Positions 36,831 through 44,788 of a stretch of DNA of 44,788 bases are shown here, in pieces. Positions within the stretch are counted from its first letter, which is position 1, and each line of letters starts with the position of its first letter. The stretch is from positions 91,598,440 to 91,643,227 of the forward strand of contig NC_068981.1 in assembly GCF_001194135.2 (NCBI RefSeq), written 5' to 3'. The position numbers were made by a program, and so were the translations under genes. This DNA is from Octopus bimaculoides. Its lineage: Eukaryota. Under the pieces are notes generated by a model. It saw nothing but the letters and a program-made list of their open reading frames with translations. It made no database searches and was not told where the DNA came from.

Positions 36831-38071
36831 GTTACGTACTTGATTTTTTCGAATTTATGCGTTCATTGTAAAAACAAATACATGAAGGGAGTAGTTGAAT
36901 TCGGAACATGAATAAAACTTCCCGCATTAAGACGTTTGAGGAAGCACTCGGATTGTGACTTAAGTTTCGACTTGTCCTAAGGGAAATATTCTCTAAATGT
37001 AATATGTTTTTTTTTTGTGCATTAGATCCTCCGTTTCAAGCAATCCTCGGCAGAATACGTGTAATCAAGATTATCCTCTGAGAAGTTAATTCGGCTGATT
37101 TGATGCTAAATTTTTACTCTACAATAATAAACTTCGTGAATAGAATATCATCTGTTACAACACTTTCATATCACTAGGTAATATATATGCAAAATATAAG
37201 ATTGTTTCGTTAACTACAAATTTTCACACTGAGATTGTAAAGATGCTTCCATTTCTTTCAGAAATTAATTTACACCACCACCTGCTTTGATTTGGTGATG
37301 TCCATCAAAATAACCAAATAAATTTAATTATAAACGTTATCTCCCCACATGTGACAAACGTAAATGAATTTATATGCGAGAAGAAAACGGAAAAAATATA
37401 TTCTGTCTTTCAGGTTTCCATGTAAAGAAATTTAATCTTGAAAAATATCTTCAAAGGCAGTATGCAAAATTAATTTAGTAAAAAAAAAAATATAATGCAT
37501 AGAAATAACTAAATCTATTCATGAGAAATTTGTATTAAGTCACATATAAATAAGGCAAAAAAAAAATCCCAGATAAAAGCAAAAACAAAAGACAGATAAA
37601 ATCATTAAAAACAGATACAAAGCAAAAAAGAAAAAGTTGAATGGTTGTTGAAGAAAATCGATTCAAAGACGTAAATGTGAGAAGTGAGAAACGTGGTTTT
37701 TAATGAAGTTGCAACAAATTAAATGATAGTTAAAGTGGTAATCGGAAATAGAACATAGAATGTCAAATATTTTAAACCTTGATATGTATAGGATCGAAAT
37801 AAAAGTCGGTATGTGTCAATAAGACGATTGCTGTAACGTAAAGAAAAACAATGCCGAAAGGAAAAGAAATAAAACTGTGAAGCAGCTTATAGGAGTTCAT
37901 TATGAATTACGTATTCTCTGTTGCACATGTGAAACATCTTTGGTAGAGTGGTTACAAAATTTAATAAGTCTTTACAAAAGGGTATTACAAGAACGAATAT
38001 ATACATATACACAACTGTTACTATTTTCGTATGTACGAATATGTTTACACATACACACATATATATATAAC

Positions 38072-38333
38072 ACTGAAAGAAGCCCGCCATATATATGTAT
38101 ATTATTATATGCCTCTCTGTGTGTGTGTGCGTGCTTGTGTTTGTTCTTATCCCCCACCGCTCTTGGCAACCGGTGTTGATGTGTTTACGCCCCAGTAACC
38201 TAGCGGCTTGTCAAGAGAGTTCAATAGAAATAAAAGGCAGGTTTAAAAAAAGTACTGTGGTCGATTCATTCGACTAAAATTTCTTCAAGGCGGTGCCCCA
38301 GTATGACCGCAGTCTAATGACTGAAACAAGTAA
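38072..38333 (+). mobile_element. SINE family B, 3' two-thirds
   Basis: ctgaaagaagcccgcc, internal TA/TG tract, cttggcaaccggtgttgatgtgtttacg, tail ggcggtgccccagtatgaccgcagtctaatgactgaaacaagtaa. Confidence 0.88.
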
Positions 38334-38866
38334 TGATATATGTATATATATTTCCATTTTGTACTTGGCTTGCAAGATTCTTTATGTGAATTCGTGTGTT
38401 GAAGCTTATTTTATAGTGTGTGGGGAGAGTCATTCTCTTTTAGCGCCTTATCATTTAACACTCAATTTCCACTCACATATTTATATTTTCCTAAAATTTT
38501 CCTTGTGTCTTTCAATCTTTTCAATAGCCGTTCAATCCCTCTGTTATCAGAGCTGCGTTCTTTTTGTTTGTTTGATTGTTTGTGCACATCTGTGTGCGTC
38601 AGTGTGCATAGGTATAAACATATGTATGTATGTATGTATGAATGTATGTATATATGTATGCATATATATATATATATATGTGTGTATATGCATGCATGTA
38701 TGTATGCGTGTATGTATATATATATGTGCATCTCTATACGTTTGCATGTATATATTCTGCATATTCATGCGTATATGTGTTCATGTTTGTGTGTTTGTAT
38801 GTATGTGCGTGTGTGTTTTTGTATGGATGTGTGTGTCCATATTGTCCTTGTGTGTGCGTTTGTGTG

Positions 38867-39118
38867 TTATTTCTTTACTACCCACAAGGGGCTACACACA
38901 GAGGAGACAAACGGATTAAGTCTATTATATCGACCCCAGTGCGTAACTGGTACTTATTTAATCGACCCCAGTGTGTAACTGGTATTTATTTAATCGACCC
39001 AGAAAGGATGAAAGGCAAAGTCGACCTCGGCGGAATTTGAACTCAGAACGTAGCGGCAGACGAAATACCGCTAAGCATTTCGCCCGGCGTGCTAATGTTT
39101 CTGCCAGCTCGCCGCCTT
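38867..39118 (-). mobile_element. SINE family A, young copy, tail type A1, with 32-bp internal duplication
   Basis: Full head aaggcggcgagctggcagaaac, B-box gagttcaaattcc, tail gccccttgtgggtagtaaagaaataa; duplicated units at 38929-38960 and 38961-38992. Confidence 0.95.
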
Positions 39119-39369
39119 GTGTGAGTGTGAAGTATGCATATGTCTATATGATCGTGTGTTTCAGACTTCATTTATGTATATATGTATGTGTGTGTGTGTC
39201 TCTGTGTGTATGTGCTTGTCTGCCCGTATTACCTGTGTACCTATCTATCTATTTATCTATCTGTTTAACTGCATATCTATTTAGCTGAACTCACACACTC
39301 ACACACACACACACACACATATACATATGTACGTCTACATAGCAGCCTAATAACAACTCTATCTGTGTA

Positions 39370-40700
39370 TATATAAACTGTGGGTATTGGGGTATGATTA
39401 CATTCCTCGTATATTTCCTATTTAGTTCTGGGGATGTTTCATTTATGAGGGCGTACTCCTGTATTTATCTGCGGTTTTGGCTCTTCGGGGACTTGGATAA
39501 ATTGCGGATGCGAAGTTGACCCTATGTACCTCCATGTTGGTCCTTGACATGTTGGTAGATCAAGGAGGACTGTTTTAGGTCGTCATGTTGTGCAATATGT
39601 CATTTAGTCTTCCCGCGATGCTTCTAGATGTCGCATCTACGTATATCATGCTCTTGTCTTTACAAGTACCCTCTAAGCAGCTTATGCTGTAGAAAACACC
39701 TCTAATTCTACAGTTAATGCCAGGATTAATGTTACATATTATGCAGTTATCAATGGTGCGTATGGTATTCTCAAAGGGATACGTTCTACATAGGTGTGAT
39801 ATGATGGTTCTCCTGGCTTTTCAACGATCATAATGTTGAGTTTGGCTTCCTTCAGAGCATTTATAAATCTTCGGGATAATTATCCATGGGATGTGGCCTC
39901 TACAAGCATCACCCAATGATATTTGTCGGTCCTGTACCACGTGTTCACCGTGTTTGCTTTGTCACAAACTCTTTATATTCTATTCCAGTCTTTACTTCTA
40001 TATCTAGGTTAGGTACCACTGGTTTCATTACATACAATGCTATCTAACTTCTTTCTAGCTCCCCTGTATACCCGAACTCTATCTTTCTGATCGTATCCAG
40101 AGAATTACATGCCGTGCATGAAGTTCTGTACATATTTCTTTGTTTCATTGGGTCCTCATTGTGGGGACACATTGTTCATTATCTTAACTAAGTCTACTAT
40201 CAGTATGTTGATTGTTATGCTGTGTGACAAAGCTGAGTTATTGTGAACGACATATTTAGAAGCTATGGATTTCATGTAATAGGAGTCGAAGAGCTATATT
40301 CTCTTGCACACAGTCTCTAACCAAAGTTCAATATCAAAGACAGGGAGTCTATTGTGAGGGTGCCTAGTAGAGTAATCTACAGTTAGCTTGATACTTTGGT
40401 AGATGGTGTTAGCTCCGTGCTGGATGCTCTCCGTTATGCTCCTCTTAGTTTCTAAGTTACAGTTACTAGACTTTGTCCTAACTAGAATATTAATGTCATC
40501 TACATACCTACAGTAAAGCAGTCGTGGGTTTTTCTGCTGATTGTTTAGGGCTTCCGTCCCACCAGGTCATGAAGATGCCGGCCCATCTCCAGCCACACCG
40601 ACGCCAATGGCTGCACCTTGAACCCACATATATAGTTTCCTATTAAACTTTACTATCAACCTCTACTGCTTCAGCTTCTACTTCCACACTCACGAACTAT
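39370..40700 (-). mobile_element. Penelope-like element (RT plus GIY-YIG), Neptune-like, decayed
   Basis: Minus strand: QGAAIG..AGIFMTWWD; YCRYVDD (YVDD 40495-40506); LPVFDIELW; YYMKSIASKYVVHNNSAL; FMHGM*FSGY; NCRIRGVFYSISC..C..IYVDATSRS; IQEYALINETSPELNRK. Several stops and frameshifts. Confidence 0.88.
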
Positions 40701-41374
40701 TTCCTAGCATCATAAACACTACATACTAAAATTATGATGAAATAGTATACAATCATATTTCAGTTTGCTATGTATGATCTGCACAAAACAGTTAAACACA
40801 GGAACCTAGGTACTTGAAACACCTGTATGGACCAGGATGAAGTCGATTTTCTCCAAAGAGAGGTTGATAACAACTACATTCAGTTTCATAACCAACACAC
40901 CGACGAAATTCTTCCATTTGCTCGTATGCTACTCATGATTACAAACCAGGAACCTACTTATTCCGACTAGCAAGGAATATTTGCACACTAGGAGTCAGTC
41001 ATATGACTGAGACATTCATATTTTTATATGATAGAAACACTGCTGCACTTTCCCCGCTTATCCGTACAGATCATGTGAACTTTCATATAGCGTACTCTGA
41101 TTTCCTGTTTGGAACATAACGTACATACATCAGGAAGGTGTGCTCCCTGAACAACTGCATTATCAACAATACGGGTATGTGCTCAAATGCATGAATAATG
41201 TTCTAAATATTGTGTGAAATATTAGGCGGTTCCTACATATATATATATATGTGTGTATGTGTGAGTGTGTGTCACTGTGTATGCATATTTGCACACTGGT
41301 ATTGACACGCATAGAAGCCTGTTTTATTCTGCAGACTGACCTGCAATGAGCCTTTAATATATATATACATACGC

Positions 41375-41419
<45 letters not shown>

Positions 41420-42337
41420 CACACACACACACACGCACGCACACACATATATATATTCTTACACACACACCGACATATATATCCACTTGTATGAATATAT
41501 GAATTTACCTATATGAATAAAGGTTGTCCTGTGTAAAGAGTATGAATTAAAATTCATTTTAATTGAAGTTACAAATGTATGTTTACAATATTTCGCATTC
41601 TATCCATATTTAGAAGACAACCATTAATATTTTAAGATTGATGTATAGAGTTCCCTCCCCCCGTGAAATGAATCTGAGCCCTGTTTAACATATACAGGGC
41701 AGGGGTCAGTGAGTATTTCAGGAGAAATAATTTTCAGTATATTACGCTCTATGTTCCAAGTAAAAGGACGTTGCGTTGTTCCATTCCAATTCTCCATAGC
41801 AGATAAAATGCTGATACAAGAAATGAAATGATGCGCAATCATTGTTGGCATATGTATAGGATGCAACGATGTAGAAATTGTTAACTTGCTAAATATTGCA
41901 TAAAATTCTGTACCTAATGATCACATGAAACTGGAAGTCTCTAGTGGGAACATTGCAAGTATGTTAAGAAGAAAACAACATTCTAAACGTCTGGTTATTA
42001 CAGGGAAACTGCAATTCATGCAGCGGGTTGAAATCATTATCGATAATGTTTGAGGGCTATCACAAAAGCCCCCAAGCTGCCGGAGTGTGTTATATGAAAT
42101 GTGGTGCACGAAAACACTCGATATGAATATGTACCAAGGATAGGCCGATCCATGCATTTACGAAGAAAACAAAAAATAACAGAAAGGAAACCAAAATCAA
42201 GTCCAAAGTCTCTATCTTATCTGATATGAACGAAATTGTTACAAACACACATATGGACACACATACTTACATATAAGCACGAACACTTAAGTGCGTGCAC
42301 ACATATGAGCGTGCACACATACGAGCGTGCACACATA

Positions 42338-42552
42338 CGAGCTGCCAGAAATGTTAGCACGCCGGGCGAAATGCTTAGCGGTATTACGTTCTGAGTTCAA
42401 ATTCCGCCGAGGTCGACTTTGCCTTTCATCCTTTCGGGGTCGATTAAATAAGTACCAGTTACAAACTGGGGTCGATATAATCGACTTAATCCGTTCGTCT
42501 GTCCTTGTTTGTCCCCTCTGTGTGTAGCCCCTTGTGGGTAGTAAAGAAATAA
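42338..42552 (+). mobile_element. SINE family A, young copy, tail type A1, with 13-bp target-site duplication
   Basis: Near-identical to 38867-39118; acacatacgagct at 42331-42343 and 42552-42564. Confidence 0.95.
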
Positions 42553-43353
42553 CACATACGAGCTTGCATACACTCACATGCTCATACCGAACAATCTAAA
42601 AACAACGCCAAACTATACTTTTTGTGTTGCTAGATCAGATTTGTTTTATTTAATTACCAATACCTTCTTAAATACCTCTCCCACACTATATATTAGTGGA
42701 TTAACTAAAACATCTTGATCTTTTAGTTGTGTGCTCACTACAGTTGCGTAGGTGGCAGCATAAATTCAACAATTAAGGAACATAATTATAACATTCACGT
42801 CAAGTCTTTCAACAATTAAAGTGACATGGAATAATAGATAAATGATTTAGAAAGTTAACTGATTATATTATTCAAAATAATGATGGCAGACAAAAAAAAT
42901 TAGATAATGATAAGAGAGATAATTATAATGAAAATTAACATAATACAGATGTTATCTAACAGAATACAAACAAATATTGCTTGAATAACAATGGAAAAAT
43001 ACTGACGTATCATATTAATCAATACATCGATGAAATATTAATGTATAAAGGTTATGAGATATTCATTAAATCAGCCAGATTGCTTTCATTAACAGAAATG
43101 TTTCAAAGTATGAGATCAGAATTTAAAAGTTGTTAGTTTGGATTTATTGATAGATCTTACCCTTAAAACGTAATGACATCGTGCAACGAAAATATTGCAG
43201 ATCAATACGATTTAAATAGAGTATAAATTATCTATTACATTATTTAGTAAATTGAGAACGTTAAAATACAATTCAAAGCTAAGCTAATTTGGATAAGTGC
43301 TTACCTCTCACGAAGACGAAACGATTACAACTTGGATTAATGACCTGCAAAGC

Positions 43354-43391
<38 letters not shown>

Positions 43392-43424
43392 GAGGGAGAG
43401 AGAGAGGAAGAAAGATATATGTTG

Positions 43425-43455
<31 letters not shown>

Positions 43456-44788
43456 TGTGATATTCTATTAAGAACGTAGTACAGTACAATATAAAGCTCG
43501 TCCAACTTCAGATTTATCCTGTGCTATTCAGTAGTAGTATTATTCGTAGTTCCAGATTTGGGTTTGGGTATCCATCGTGTGTGAATAAATAATTGAACAA
43601 ATTGGAGTCAACAAGAAAGCGTAGGGTTGGACATCTTTGTGTATGTGTATGTCTGGAAAGACCACATGGAAAATGAAAGTGAGCACAAAGCAATATCATG
43701 GATGACCTATATACGGGTTATAAGAATCGAAACAAATGCGAGGAAGAATATCATGTATTAATTTCTTGGTCTAATCAAGCAGATATTTATCTGTTGTGTC
43801 AATGAAATCCTAGTGAAGGGTGATAGAAAGAACGATACAGAGAGATGCCATTACGGCTACAATCTTCAGCTGACAGCTTAGAAATGGAATGTCAATCATT
43901 ATATAATATTAAATAAACACATCATAGATTCACTATAGAGACAGAAATATTACTTTGGATGACGACGAACAAAAGAAGAAAAAAAGGAATAAGCTAATTC
44001 AGAAATGCATTGATTCTGTATATGTGCATGCACACACACACATACACAAACATGCACATACACATACATATGTATATAAGCGTGTGGTATACATATATGT
44101 GTATATGTATCTATCTGTCTATCAGCCTACATATATATCTATCTATCTATACACACACATATACATATATATATATACACATATACATATACGTATATTC
44201 ACATACATGTATACACCTACAGAGTGACCATATTGTCTGGATACGCTAATACCACTAATATATTCACGTTTTGCTAACGTAGAATGAATACAAGTTTGAT
44301 ACTGTTAGATATATTTACGCACAGCTACACAGACACCCACCCACACACACACGTACACAGACACAGCCACACACACACAAACACACAGAAACACGTACAC
44401 GCACTCACACACGAGCGCGCAGATGTGTATATAGCGCTTTCACGAGTTAATTTGTCCCGAATATTGCTAAATTAAAAGGAAAATTGTCAACGTGCAATTG
44501 TTTGCCGATGTAAGTCAGAAGAGCAAAGCTTGCTGAGATGCAGTGTTTACATTCGCTTACTGATAATTATAATAGTTACCAGCAAGGCAAATAGTAATTG
44601 CAGACCAAGCTGTTGGTCAGCACTCGCTCAGCTGACGAAACAAATCATCGATTGTGAATCAGTTTCTTGTCAAGCAAACTTGCCCTGCGTGCACACACAC
44701 ATGCATATGCACTCACGCTCATACACTCATATATATATAGGCACGCATACACACATACGCATTTATATATATATATATATATATATAT

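Noticed and set aside
39030-39118. tRNA genes at SINE heads (A and B boxes present in families A, B and C)
   Set aside because: No cloverleaf or anticodon arm; they are the tRNA-derived Pol III promoters of dispersed repeats.
43696-43722. atcatggatgacctatata resembling the right TIR of the 5179-6412 mariner
   Set aside because: Short AT-rich match with no adjoining mariner sequence.
44420-44515. Donor gat|gtaagt at 44509/44510
   Set aside because: All three frames upstream to the nearest acceptor contain stops.

Overview
AT-rich, microsatellite-saturated eukaryotic genomic DNA from a gapped draft assembly (N runs at 2486-3380, 6439-6549, 11399-11576, 12127-12323, 19338-19880, 25406-25599). 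The repeat families and simple-repeat load look to me like an Octopus (coleoid cephalopod) genome; this is inference from pattern recognition, not a database hit. I find no intact host gene, rRNA, tRNA gene or CRISPR array, and almost all supplied ORFs are microsatellite or gap artefacts. The window is a transposon graveyard. It holds two decayed mariner elements, a possible hAT relic, an internally deleted CR1/L2-group LINE with a CCCH zinc-finger ORF1 relic, two RTE-clade 3' fragments, a Dong/R4-type 3' fragment embedded in (TAA)n, two Penelope-like (PLE) relics, and about 15 copies of three tRNA-headed SINE families (called A, B and C here). The most informative observations are: a 3' tail and hairpin shared by the LINE and SINE B with a compensatory base-pair change; a stem-conserved module shared by SINE A and SINE B; a compact pseudoknot with HDV-ribozyme-like topology; fold-back elements; inverted SINE pairs; and an unidentified decayed coding-like tract at about 40.8-42.2 kb. 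I cannot claim a new biological system from the sequence alone.
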